Source: Podarcis erhardii (taxonomy: Eukaryota). From it: a stretch of 64,000 nt of DNA. The notes under the pieces are model-generated. The model made no database searches. It was given only the letters and a program-made list of their open reading frames with translations, and was not told where the DNA came from. Shown here one piece after another: positions 37,888 through 49,613 of the stretch. The DNA lies in NCBI GenBank assembly GCA_964252035.1, contig OZ176207.1; one strand, given 5' to 3'. The position numbers and the translations under genes were made by a program. Every line of letters begins with the position of its first letter. The stretch's first letter is position 1.

Positions 37888-39465
37888 TAATGCTAAGTGC
37901 AGGGGGTAGACTTTGGTCTTTCAAATTTCAGTTGTGCTCTGTAAGGGGCTAAAATTCGGTGTGCGCTCACCCCCACTTCTCACCTTCCATTCTGCTGAAT
38001 TTACTCTGTCATAGCAGTGATGCCCTGTGACACCCCCTAGGCTCGGCACCCAGTGCAGAGGAACCAATCACGCTGCCCTAAATCTGCATTTGCTAAGTGC
38101 TTCGATGTGTGATTATCCCTGGCCACACACGAGCTGTCATTATTCCTATCATTTCCCCTTGGCGGGGCTCAAACCTGCCCTGCTTGTTTCCCAGTCCACT
38201 AGTGCTCATCCCTTTCCCTCCCTGACAAAGACATATCTACCCATATGGGTATTGTTCCCCCAGAAAGATTTAAACCCTTTCCCCAGCAAACCTCCTTTCT
38301 TCCATTCTTTCTTGGTATTCCCTGGTGATGGCAGCCCTTTACTCCAGACAGCCCTACCAGTTAATGGATGCAATTACACACGCCACACACACCCCAACAT
38401 TGTGTTCCCTCTCCTTAGCTGCAGAATGACTCCACATGCTGACGAAGCCACTTGTACAGTGAGGGCTACAAAGGACCTCTGTAGAGGATAGAGAAATCAG
38501 TGGTCATCAGCATTCCAGACTTCTGGAACTGCTGTTGCTGCCACCTTCACTTCCTTTTTGTCCCCTCCACTCACCAAACTGACTGCTCAGTTTTGTAGCC
38601 TAAAAATGGTGGGCGTGGCATTGAAATTGGGAGATTTTCTTTTCCTTAGTCCTGTTACAGGCACCACAATCAGTTGCTCATAGGGGGGGAAATGTCACTC
38701 TTTCCAGTGGACCACTCTTAAGCTGAAATACCTCTTTGGATCCCAGCTACCATTTGTAATTAAAAGGAACAATTCCCCTTCTTTGCAGAGATGTAGCTTC
38801 AGCGATGAGACATCTTGAAATATCTTCATTTGAATGTAAGAGGAGGAGGCTTCATCATTCAACTTTAAGAGACTTTTGTCTCCATCTGATCAGGAGCATC
38901 AATAATCCAGAGCCTCTAATCAAAGTCAGTGTGAGAAGAAACTGTTTCTTTTCATTTAACAGCATGCCTATTCCTGCAGATTTGTCACATTCATGCCTTT
39001 TCATTATAGCTGCAGAAAGACCTAGCGTCAAGCCATAATAATGGGCACTGCATATGACAGAGGAATAAAGGAAAAGGAAAATCTACATGATTTCTCTGAA
39101 ACCTGAAGTGTCTGTTCGGTTAGAATGTCAAGAAATGTGGCCCAAACGATCTGAGAGCCATTTCATCTCGCACTCTCTTGTCTTCCATCCTGCTACAAGC
39201 CATGGTTTCCATAGAAGCACCAGCCCTTATTTGACATGGTTATACAGAGTCCATTAAAGCAGAAGCACTGGAATATTTATACCTTGGATTCAAGCCATAT
39301 AGGTTAGCTAAAGGTGCAGGAGCTCCACTTCGAGAGTTTATTCCCCTGCAGCTCTTGTGATGCTAATCTGAAAACGAAAATAATCTGGTTGGCTGGTCTG
39401 CTTTTCCCTGGATGCCATCACTTTTGCAGTTGAGCTAGGTGTGCTGTTTGCTCTGCATGGATACA

Positions 39466-39650
39466 CAGGAACATAGAAAGCTGCCTTATACTAAGTCAGA
39501 CCATTGCCCATGTAGCTCAGTTTGATTGGCAGCTACTCCCCAGGGCTTCAGGCAAGTCTCTCTCTCAACCTTACCTGGAGATGGAAGGCATTGAACCTGG
39601 GACCTTCTGCAAGCAAAGCAGATTATCTTCCACTGAGCTATGGCCCCATT
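39466..39650 (-). mobile_element. tRNA-derived SINE with CR1-like tail
   Basis: aggaacatagaaagctgccttatactaagtcagacc...attgaacctgggaccttctgc...cactgagctatggcccc (reverse of A/B boxes). Confidence 0.72.
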
Positions 39651-41699
39651 CTCAGTCCTTACTAAATTTGGGGTTATGAAGGTGGGGTAAGAGTGCTTGA
39701 GTAGTCCATGCCCACAGCCATAGCACATTCAAATTGACTGAGGCAGCAGAAAGACAGTGGGACCACCACAGAAGATAGCCTGTACATGAGCCTGGATAAA
39801 AAGATTTTCCTAGAAAAAGAAGGCCACTTTGCAGGTGTTTTCTCCTTTAATACTCTCAAACTTTTTTTGTGGAGGCCACCATTACTCACCTTCCCACACC
39901 CAATGCCCAGGAAGGTCTGGGGCATTCTGGAGGATGGAAAACAGTGTTTGGGCTGCCAACATAGGGGGGAAAAAGAGATTAAAGCAGAAGACTGTGCAAG
40001 TGGTAAGCCTCCATCCTTGGAACCTGTGGAGAAATTTCTCACTCTCCACCAAAGAAATTCAGTCCCCTAACTTCTCTGCCCACAAATACGGTGGAAAAAA
40101 TTTTAGAGGCCACTTATGCACTGCTCTAGTGGGGATACAATACCTTGTTACAAGTCTAATTTTCTTTATCATCTTTTAAGTATTTCACACAAGGTGCAAA
40201 AATGCCTTGGGCAACCTTGGCATAAATCTCCCCAAAGAACCAGCCAGTAATTCATTTAAAGCCCCTTGTTCTTCATCCAGTGCTTATTTATAACTTGGGG
40301 GTGGCTGTTATGATAATGCTCAGAGCCTGTGCACAGACAATTTCCACAGAGAACTGTTATCCACTGAACCAATCTGTGTGTTGTCTCACAACTGCTTCAT
40401 CTATTTAAAAGCGTCAAACTACATTTTATCAGCCTTATTAGATGTGCTCCTGGCATCACTTACATTTGGACACTGAGGCATTTGAATTCTTGAGCGCAGT
40501 TGTTTCAGAGGGTGCCTTTTAACATTTTCAGTTTTATGGATGAATGGTCACTGTATATTAAGGTTTCGAGCCTGTTATTCATCCATGATTAGATTGGCAC
40601 AAACTCCCCACAAGTAAAATGGAATCACTTGAAAATGAGAATTCCCTTCAGGGCAGACAAGGATGCAGTGAAACGGCAGGATATCCAGGCATTGCATTAT
40701 TTCCCTGCAGGGTTTTTGATGTTGTTGTTCATACCGCAAGGTGCCCACACTGCTTTCTAAAACAACATGCTCAGCTGTGGCCAGTACAATTAACTTAGCA
40801 ATAGCTTCCATTAGGATTTCTGCTCTTTCTTTTACAACCAGAAATGAATTGTGTGTTTTCATCAAAGCTTTGTTGTTTTTACTATTATTATTCCATACCA
40901 ATGAAGCAGTAGAATATAAGGTGCTACATGAAAATATTTCTTAACTACTTAAGAAGATTAAATTTGAGTTTCGCTGTGGCTTGATTGTATGACTGATTGG
41001 AATGTTTTGATTTCAATTAATAGGAGTTCTCACACAAATCATTATTGTGCCTTAAGGCTGTTTGTATCTCTGTGTGTCTCTATTTGCAGGGGGGAAAGTA
41101 ATTATGCTATGGAATCCCAAGCAATTCAGTATGAATGTGCATGTAACCACCCCTACTGCTTTAGAACTGCAAGTTACTTATCAGACCTGTCTGGCATCTC
41201 ATTGTGAATTCCCACATCCATGTTGTTTTTACAGTTCATCTTCCTAGTGAATATTTCATGTGTTAAACCAGCAAAACAATTTATTCAATATATATCACAC
41301 AGTGTCTGGAATGATTGCTCAGTCCTGACCCTACATTAAGCGAGAGGCATCTCTTTTCAAGCCCCACAGTATCAAGTCTGGACACAAGCACTTAGCTATT
41401 CGACACAGGCAGGCAAAACAATTAACAAGGACTGATAGCATTAATTAGCATGATTAATGTTTAGGAGCTTTCTTCTGAAAAGGAGAGCCGTGAGGAAAAT
41501 CTGGCTACGTAAAGAAAAAGTCCACCAACCCGAGAAGAGGCAGAGAAAATACCATCAGAGGGATCAGATCACAATACATTTACAGGCCTCAGGGTTGATG
41601 GGATACATGGACTGTTTTGACACTAAGCAAGAGATCCTCCCCTGAGGCGATACCCTTGACCCCTGCTGATTCACGCTACTCTGGGAACACATTTCAGTA

Positions 41700-41925
41700 C
41701 AGTCATACCTTGATTGTTGAACACCCTGAAACTCATACGTTTTGGCTCCCGAATGCTGCAACCCCAGAAGTGATTGTTCTGGTTTGTGAATGTTCTTTGG
41801 GAACCTGAACATCTGACGGGGCTTCTGTGGCTTCTGATTGGCTGCAGGAGCTTCCTGTTTGGTTTTCGAATGTTTTGGAAGTCGAACAGACTTCCAGAAC
41901 AGATTCCATTCGACTTCCAATGTAC
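41700..41925. mobile_element. Tigger-like MITE, right end degenerate
   Basis: ta|cagtcataccttg left TIR; right end cgacttccaatgtac only partly complementary. Confidence 0.55.
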
Positions 41926-42032
41926 AAATCATTCTCCACTATCCTGGATAGCAACCTATTGCATGCCTGGGATTCCTGTTGATATGCCTACCTCAGATAA
42001 TGCCACAATAAAGCCCTACTACAGCAAAGTTC

Positions 42033-42255
42033 CCAACACCAGGGACTCCCTGGAAAAGACCCTGATGTTGGGAAAGATGGAGGGCACAAGGAGAAGGGGA
42101 TAACAGAGGACGAGATGGTTGGATAGTGTTCTCGAAGCTACCAGCATGAGTTTGACCAAACTGCGGGAGGCAGTAGAAGACAGGAGTGCCTGGCGTGCTC
42201 TGGTCCATGGGGTCACGAAGAGTCAGACACAAATAAACGACTAAACAACAACAAC
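42033..42255 (+). mobile_element. Bov-B LINE 3' end with 12-bp TSD
   Basis: Same tail as 25691-25907. TSD acagcaaagttc at 42021-42032 and 42256-42267. Confidence 0.92.
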
Positions 42256-42518
42256 ACAGCAAAGTTCAAACATGTTTTTTATTACATTTATATAATAAAA
42301 TGTATCTACACTATTATATAACCTCTTTTACATAATGGGGACATAACCATTTTAAAATCCAGCTTAAACCTTCAATCAGGATTTAAGTAACCTCTGATCA
42401 GTTCATTAAGTTTTAGAATAGTGTGATACCTTTAAGAGGACTTATAAATATGAAGCTTTCAGTAGTATTATTCTCAAAAATAGTCACCAATCCCATATTA
42501 TCACTCCAAGAAAGTTTA

Positions 42519-42715
42519 TGTGAGGGGAAGGCTCCTGTAAGAAATGGGGTGGAAGAAACAAGGAAAAATAGATTAGGAACAAAAGGGTGTGGCCAGCTTC
42601 AGAAAGGTAGTCCGACAGAACAGGCTGGAAGGCTAACCAAGATGGAAGTGTTTTGTACTAAAGTTTAATAAAGTGTTGCTTCTTACACCAACAATTTCTT
42701 GCATTCCTAAACACA
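42519..42715 (+). mobile_element. Short solo LTR candidate
   Basis: tgtg...caca termini, AATAAA near the 3' end, 4-bp flanks ttta / ttta. Confidence 0.45.
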
Positions 42716-43588
42716 TTTAGGGAGCAATCCCACACACAAGCAGATAGCATAAGGCACACTGATGTAAGTTAAAGTTATACCAGATCCAAACCGCATTCAG
42801 CAGTAGGACAGCAGCTACTGTGCCTAACCCTGGCAGAGGAAAAACGGACCTTTAAAATAGTATTCTATGCCCGGTTGCCGGATCACATGACCAAGCTGAA
42901 TGAGTGGAAAATCCAGCCTAAGTCCTTGCTCTCTGGTCCCAGCCCCGCCATGCCCAGTACACAGGATGAGCCAATTTTGGCACCTGAGGCAAACCACAGA
43001 ATGCCCCTACCTATCAGAAAAGAAGAAGGGAGTGAAGAGCTACATCAGAAAAAGGGGGGAAATAAAGATCAACATCAGGTGCAGGGGTTGGGAGGAGGCA
43101 ACATTGGGGGGCTCTGCTGAGGAGGAGGCAGACCCAGCCTCCAAAGATGAGGCAGCCACTGCTGTGGGCACCATGCAGCAGCAGGTGGTGAGACATTCCT
43201 TGGAGCCTGGCTCAGCCACACCTGTGTATCCTGCCAACCAAGGCAGCCATCTCACCTTGTCTCTTGAGTGTGCTGGCCCTGCCTGAACACCAGAATGAGC
43301 ACAGATTGAACTGGGCTGAGTCAGGAAGCATCTACTTATGCTGGTGGATCTTGGCATAGGATTTCCCTCTTAGAAGGAAATAAACACCTTCGAACACAGA
43401 GGAAAGACTTTCAGAGGACATTTGAAAGTCCAAGTCCAATTTTAAGATAAAAGAACCATAAAAAGGAGAGCAAAGGACTTGAAATTTCCCATCAACAGCA
43501 CAAAAAAGTGGGGGAAAGTGAGAAAGCAGTGCCACACAGCTCACCTGATCACAATCTTCCCCACTAAAGTGAGATGCACTGTATTTCT

Positions 43589-44730
43589 TTTTTTTTTTAT
43601 AAATATTTATTAAAGTTTTTAAATATAAATGCACAAATAATAAACAGTCTTACTTCTATCACAGACATAATTTCATCACTTCTTTGGACTTCCTCACGTC
43701 TCCCGCTCCCATTTACATCGTTAAAAGTTTTTTCCAAACAAATTATCAACTTGTTTACAATCTCATGTCCACTCATTCCCTTCCTTCTGGGTATTGTCGG
43801 CCAGAAGGTGTTAAAGAAGGACCGAACATTCTTTATGTATGCAACAACGGCAGCAAGGATACTCATCGCAAAAAACTGGAAAACTCAAGATCTACCCACA
43901 CTGGAAGAGTGGCAGATGCAACTGATGGACTATATGCAACTGGCCGAGATGACAGGCAGAATCCGTAACCTGGGAGAAGAGAAGATGGAGGAAGACTGGG
44001 AGAAATTCAAGAAGTATCTACAAAAACATTGTAATTTGGTTGAATGCTAAGAAGGATGCTAGATTATAAAAAACTGGCCACCACTAAATTAGATTTGAAA
44101 TTTGATGATAAGTAAGACTAAAGAAAATACAAAATTTTTTGGAAGAAGTGCTAGATTATATTTGAATGAGTGGACATGAGATTGTAAACAAGTTGATAAT
44201 TTGTTTGGAAAAAACTTTTAACGATGTAAATGGGAGCGGGAGACGTGAGGAAGTCCAAAGAAGTGATGAAATTATGTCTGTGATAGAAGTAAGACTGTTT
44301 ATTATTTGTGCATTTATATTTAAAAACTTTAATAAATATTTATAAAAAAAAAAATAAAAAAAAAAAAACTTTGTCATACCATAAGTATGCATGCCAACCA
44401 AAAGCATTGTTAAAACCTTCCAGGTCCAGTACGTCAGTGTCTTCGAGAAGTAGCCAGTCTTTTAGCCAGCAGAAAGCTGCGGCTTCATAGTACAACTTTA
44501 AGTCCGGCAGGGCAAAGCCCCCTCTTTCTTTCGCATCTGTTAATATCTTAAACTGGGCTTAAGTTTAAGATATTAACAGATAATATTGGGTCTTTTTCGG
44601 GCCTTAGCCTCCAGAGGTGAAAGCCACCTTGGGGTTTTATTTTCCAATAAGTCTTTATATTTTGTCCAGACACTGCTTTCCTGACAATATGGTTCTTAAA
44701 GGCCTTATTGATCTTAACTTTGTTATTGAA
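43589..44730. mobile_element. Rearranged L1-clade insertion (four segments in mixed orientation) with 19-bp TSD
   Basis: TSD tgagatgcactgtatttct at 43570-43588 and 44731-44749. Contains an antisense 3'UTR, a sense ORF2 end + 3'UTR + poly(A), and two antisense ORF2 pieces. Confidence 0.92.
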
Positions 44731-46363
44731 TGAGATGCACTGTATTTCTATCTATTAACATATACATTTATTTATTTTTGCATATCTATGCTCTCTTTTG
44801 TAGCGGGGCACAGAGCCATCCTAACTTGCTTTCAAATCTAGGATTGCATTGCCTAGCATGCTTTTTCAAATTAGTAGAAATAATGGTGGTTCAAAACATG
44901 AAAGCCCAACCTTCATCACCACCTTCTTCTTTTTTAATGGAAGTATAAGAAAAATAATTATGAATTCAGCTTTGTTTTGTTTTGTTTTGTTTTGGGGTGG
45001 GTGGGTGTTTTAAACAATCTTGGAATCAATCCAGGTATATCCCTTCTCCTGTCCCCCAAACTACTTATTTCTTTATAAATAGAAGTGGCCATTTTATGAT
45101 ACCTTACATTGCAATGGACAGAATCATTGTGAACATCTCAAAACAAGGTCAGTGTGCTACTGGCTTTGCAATGCTATTTAGCTAATGGATGAGACACATG
45201 TCAAAACAGCTTCTGGTTCATTTAATATTATCTGCATTCTTGTTCTGAGCTAGCACCGGGGAACGATGTTTTGAAGTCTTTACCAACACTCCAAAGCAAA
45301 CAGGAAGACAAATTGTTTATCTGGTTGGTTAGCACTTGTTCTGCATATATGCCATCAATTATATTATGTCATAAAGAAGGCAGAGCATTAGAACCATGCC
45401 AGGCAGCACATTGCTGTAAGCTTTGTGCTAAAGTGTCCGTTCAGGAAGGAAGGAAGAAATCAGTTGCCTGCTGTCTAATTTCAAGCTACTGATGGGAGCA
45501 GCGAATCCAGATTTTGAAGAGAGGAGGAAAATCCATTTTGGTGTTCATGTCATATTCTCTAAATTTCCTTTTTATAAGCTGCTGAGTAATTCTCTTGATT
45601 CATCTTGATTTCAGTTATGGGGCCATGAAGCTTTTGGCAAAAACTAGCCATTAGCAATGAGGCAGAGGCTGGAATTGCTTTGCTTCCCCAAAGCTAGTTG
45701 TGCTCTGAACTTTCCCAATGTGTCCATTATTGTCCAGAAGCTTTTATAAGCATCATTACCCAGGGCCCTTTTAAAACTGTCTAATGCAAGGTTAAATTCA
45801 GTCTCGCTGCTGTATTCAATCTCATTTAAGCAGCCTTATTGTTATTACACTTGCCTCACTGCTATACTAGCCCCATTTGTCCAACTACAATTAAACCTGA
45901 GCTGCAGTTGCCTTGGCAGATCCTACAGTGAATATATTTGTAACGGGCCAGAAGGGTGTTTGTTTTTCTGTTCTCCCCTCCCCTGAAATTAATATCTGAG
46001 GAATTATGTCAGACTTAGTCTGTGCAAAGAAAAGAAGAAGAAACAGGGTTTTTTTCTTGTGTGAATGTGATAAACAATCTCTCTTACACATACACACACA
46101 TTTTTCTGTCTCTTCCTTGTTACGTGTGCGACTCAGCTGTGCCTACAACCATGAGATGTAAATGAGATATAGTCAAACAAATCAATGATGGGGGCATATC
46201 CAGAATAGGGAGAGTTCGAGAACATAATTTACTGTCTGGGAATGGGAAGTATCATTTCCTCTGTTTTCCCATTAAATCTGAACAGCAGAGGAAACTGCAA
46301 ATCCCATGGTCCTCCTTCCTGTTTCAGCACTACAATTCCCCAATTGAGAAGTTAGCAAGCTTT

Positions 46364-47517
46364 TGGGGGGGCCACTAGGGGCGCATCGGAAGATGGCTGA
46401 CAATAACATCTCTCTGACCCACACGAGGTAATTAAGAGGCTGTGATGGGAGTAAACAGCCTCCTTGCCCCCCAAGCGTGTGGGGGGGACTGCCCTTGCCT
46501 GCTGTGCCCTATACCACCCCCAGATTTGTGGGGGTGGGGCACTAGGCAGAAAGCCCTTGTGCGGATTTCGGCGCTCCTGGACGCTGTCTCTGATTCGCGC
46601 CTCTAGCTGCAGCAACTTCAAAAGAAACAATTAGGAGGAAGCTAATGCACATATTTCAAGGAAGAAGGGGAAGTAAAGACTGCTAATTGAAGAGATCTCT
46701 GATAAACAAGACGGGTCGGAGGAACAAGAATAAATTATGAGAAGACACAGCAAGGCTCAGTATGTTCAGCAACGGGACTGGATGGGGGAGGGGGAAAACT
46801 TTCCTTTTTTTTCTCTATGTGATTAACCAAGAATCCCCTCCCCACAAGTCACAAGTCAGAAATGCCGTTTAAATGACTTAAGCTGTGGATTTAAGACTGT
46901 GTGGAGATAATTTTCTAACCAAAGTGTGTTTCAAGAAGATCGTGGAAAGCATAAGAGCTTTGGAATGACGCAGCAAAAAATAGCGTCGCCATTTTGGCAA
47001 GTTCTGTCGAAAGACTTATGTCTGGGAGGAGGAACAGAGCTGTTTTCATATTGTGGGTGAACCTCCTCAGAGGGACTAAAGAGCGACAGATTTGTGAGAT
47101 TAATGATGGAAAGAGTGCTGTTATTTATGAAAGTGATAATATATGGAAACCATCTTGATACGATGATTGGACGAACGGAAAAATTCACACAGGATTATAA
47201 ATGATGTTTACCTGCTTAAGGAGATTATCAGAAGAGATCATAAAGAAAATAAAGAAAAATATACGAACAAGATGAGATGTGGAAACAGCAAGATAAGACT
47301 GGATAGAATTATGAACATTATTTGGACAGATTTGTGGATATTAACGCAGCAGCAAGAAGATGATCGGAATCCCCCTTCGGAACTTGAAATATGGGTCCCC
47401 CCAACAAAAAAATTAAAATTTGGCTTTGTAATTCGGAATTTATGTGATGTGATTTGATTTGATTTGATTTGATTTGATTGGTCGGTTAATAAACATTATT
47501 TTTTTAAAAAAAAGAGA
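46364..47517 (+). mobile_element. 1.15-kb non-coding non-LTR retroelement with L1-type ends and 18-bp TSD
   Basis: TSD gagaagttagcaagcttt at 46346-46363 and 47518-47535. 5' G-run then AAGATGGC, AATAAA at 47488-47493, short A tail, no ORF over 100 aa. Confidence 0.8.
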
Positions 47518-48384
47518 GAGAAGTTAGCAAGCTTTCTCCTGTCTTTAATACACTATTCTCACTGCTGGCTTAGCACCTTACCTCGGCTCATGGCTCTGCC
47601 AACCCATATTTCATATTTTGGCTTGGGAAGTGGGGGACTGCAGGCATGAAAGACAATGGTTTGGCCATCTGTGATCACTCAACTTTCTCAGCAAAAATAG
47701 ATAGGAAGTATGTTTTTGTTGTGGGTTTTTTTCCTGTTTTGTTTTCCAGGAAATTATGGACTCATGACATGAATAAATTCTGAGATGTGAGTCAGGGAGT
47801 TTGTATGCAGCAAGAAAAAGACAAAACACTTTGAAAATCAGGTTGGGGCTGTGAAAATTAGATTTCAGGGTAGGAAATGTCTTCAATTTGGAAAAAAGAC
47901 TGCAATATAATCGGGTTTTAGAGCATACCATTTGAGTTTCAGGAAGTGAAATACCCCCATCTCCCCTTGTAAATTGTGTATGTGTTATTTAATTATTTAA
48001 GATGGTGTTTGGAAACACCAGTGCTTCAATGCAAAGGAGAAATGTGATTGCTAACAGAGGGCTGTAAATGTGTTGTCCTAGGCCTGATTGCAGAGCTGTG
48101 GAATTAAGCACATTCATCACTCTATTGATGTGAGACAACCATTAAACATTACATGTTTACATGCCATCTGAAAAACAATGGTTGCAAATTTAGAGCGTTT
48201 GCACGTGCTGTAGATATTCAGAGCAATCAGCCATGATTGATATGTTACTGAGTGGCACACAGTGGTACAGAGAAGGAAGGAAATGAAGAGGGGGAAAGGT
48301 CTTAAGGCTCCTGCACCCTGCTTGCAACCACATTCCTTCAAACTAGTAAAGCCATTCACCTAAGGCTAAACTGATGATGAAAGA

Positions 48385-48590
48385 TACATCCACACCATAT
48401 ATTTTAAGCATTCTTATACCACTTTAACAGTCATTGAGAATCCTGGGAACTGTAATTTATTAAGGGTGCTGTAGCTATGTGATGTCAGCACTCTTAATCA
48501 ACTACAGTTCCTAGGATTATTTCAGGGAAGCCAGGATTCTTTGGGGAAAGTGGTTTGAGTGTTTCAAATGTAAAGTGTAGATGTGACCAA
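48385..48590. mobile_element. Palindromic MITE-like repeat, decayed
   Basis: Arms ...aatcctgggaactgtaatttattaagggtgctg / cagcactcttaatcaactacagttcctaggatt... and outer tacatccacacc / gtgtagatgtg. Confidence 0.65.
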
Positions 48591-49080
48591 TACTTTGAAA
48601 AAGGAATATTGGAAGATGAGTGGGAGGAATCTCTCCAGCTGCCTATAGTACAATCACTCAAAATATTATCTAATATTCGGAGGATCTCTTGTGCAGTTAA
48701 GGAAGTAGCACGTGCCTAGTATGCTAGCTGAAAATCTAGCCAATTGATACAAAATGCTGACAGAAACCCTGTTCCAGGCTAATCAGTTCAGACAGCCCAA
48801 CTAAACGGAAATGCCTAGTCACCCGACAGTTACATGATTCATTTACCAGGCAATTGCTATGACCACTTTCCCCTCATTAACTTTTCTCCGCCTGATGGTC
48901 CAGTGCACAGCCAACTGATGAAAGAGCATTGGGCTGGAAATTGGGCTCAACCATTAGCAGCAAAGGGCTATGTTGAAAAGCACACGTCATAGGTACTGCA
49001 AGCTTGTAAAACAGAAGTGTGTGTTTGTGTGTGTTTAACTTTAAGCCACAGGTCTAATATGAGAATGACTAAGTCACCTA

Positions 49081-49343
49081 GAGGAGGAGGAGAAGAGGAG
49101 GAGGAGTTTGGATTTGATATCCCGCTTTATCATTACCCGAAGGAGTCTCAAAGTGGCTAACATTCTCCTTTCTATTCCTCCCCCACAACAAACACTCTGT
49201 GAGGTGAGTGGGGCCGAGAGACTTCAAAGAAGTGTGACTAGCCTAAGGTCACCCAGCAGCTGCATGTGGAGGAGCGGAGAGGCGAACCCGGTTCCCCAGA
49301 TTACGAGACTACCGCTCTTAACCACTACACCACACTGGCTCTC
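49081..49343 (-). mobile_element. Squam3-like SINE, full length
   Basis: Minus-strand head gagagccagtgtggtgtagtggttaagagcgg with A and B boxes, and a CTC/CTT tail. Confidence 0.88.
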
Positions 49344-49613
49344 ACACTAGAGAAAGAGTGATGTTAAACACAAGTGACAAAACGAAAAACCTTTTGAGGT
49401 GGAAGTTTGAGGTGGAAGTTGCACTCTTGCCTTCTTCACATGATCCATGTGTGTGTGGTGAACATGCTTAGGGGCCCCAAATGTATGCAGAAAGCTTGAG
49501 ATGCACAACATGGTTTCTTATTTTTGCAGGGTCTCTCACCACATGGACATTTTGTACACATGGACATACTGCAGGTGTATAAATAATAAGCACCATTTGG
49601 ATAGAATATGGTT

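Noticed and set aside
38026-38350. Additional solo LTR (tgtgaca...agaca, gccc flanks)
   Set aside because: The 4-bp match and termini are easily obtained by chance, and there is no clear poly(A) signal; not supported enough to list.
40690-40790. miR-196-like sequence (caacaacatcaaaaacc on the minus strand)
   Set aside because: There is no TAGGTAGTT 5' arm and the loop is too large; the similarity is low-complexity. The 108-aa ORF here resembles no protein I recognise.
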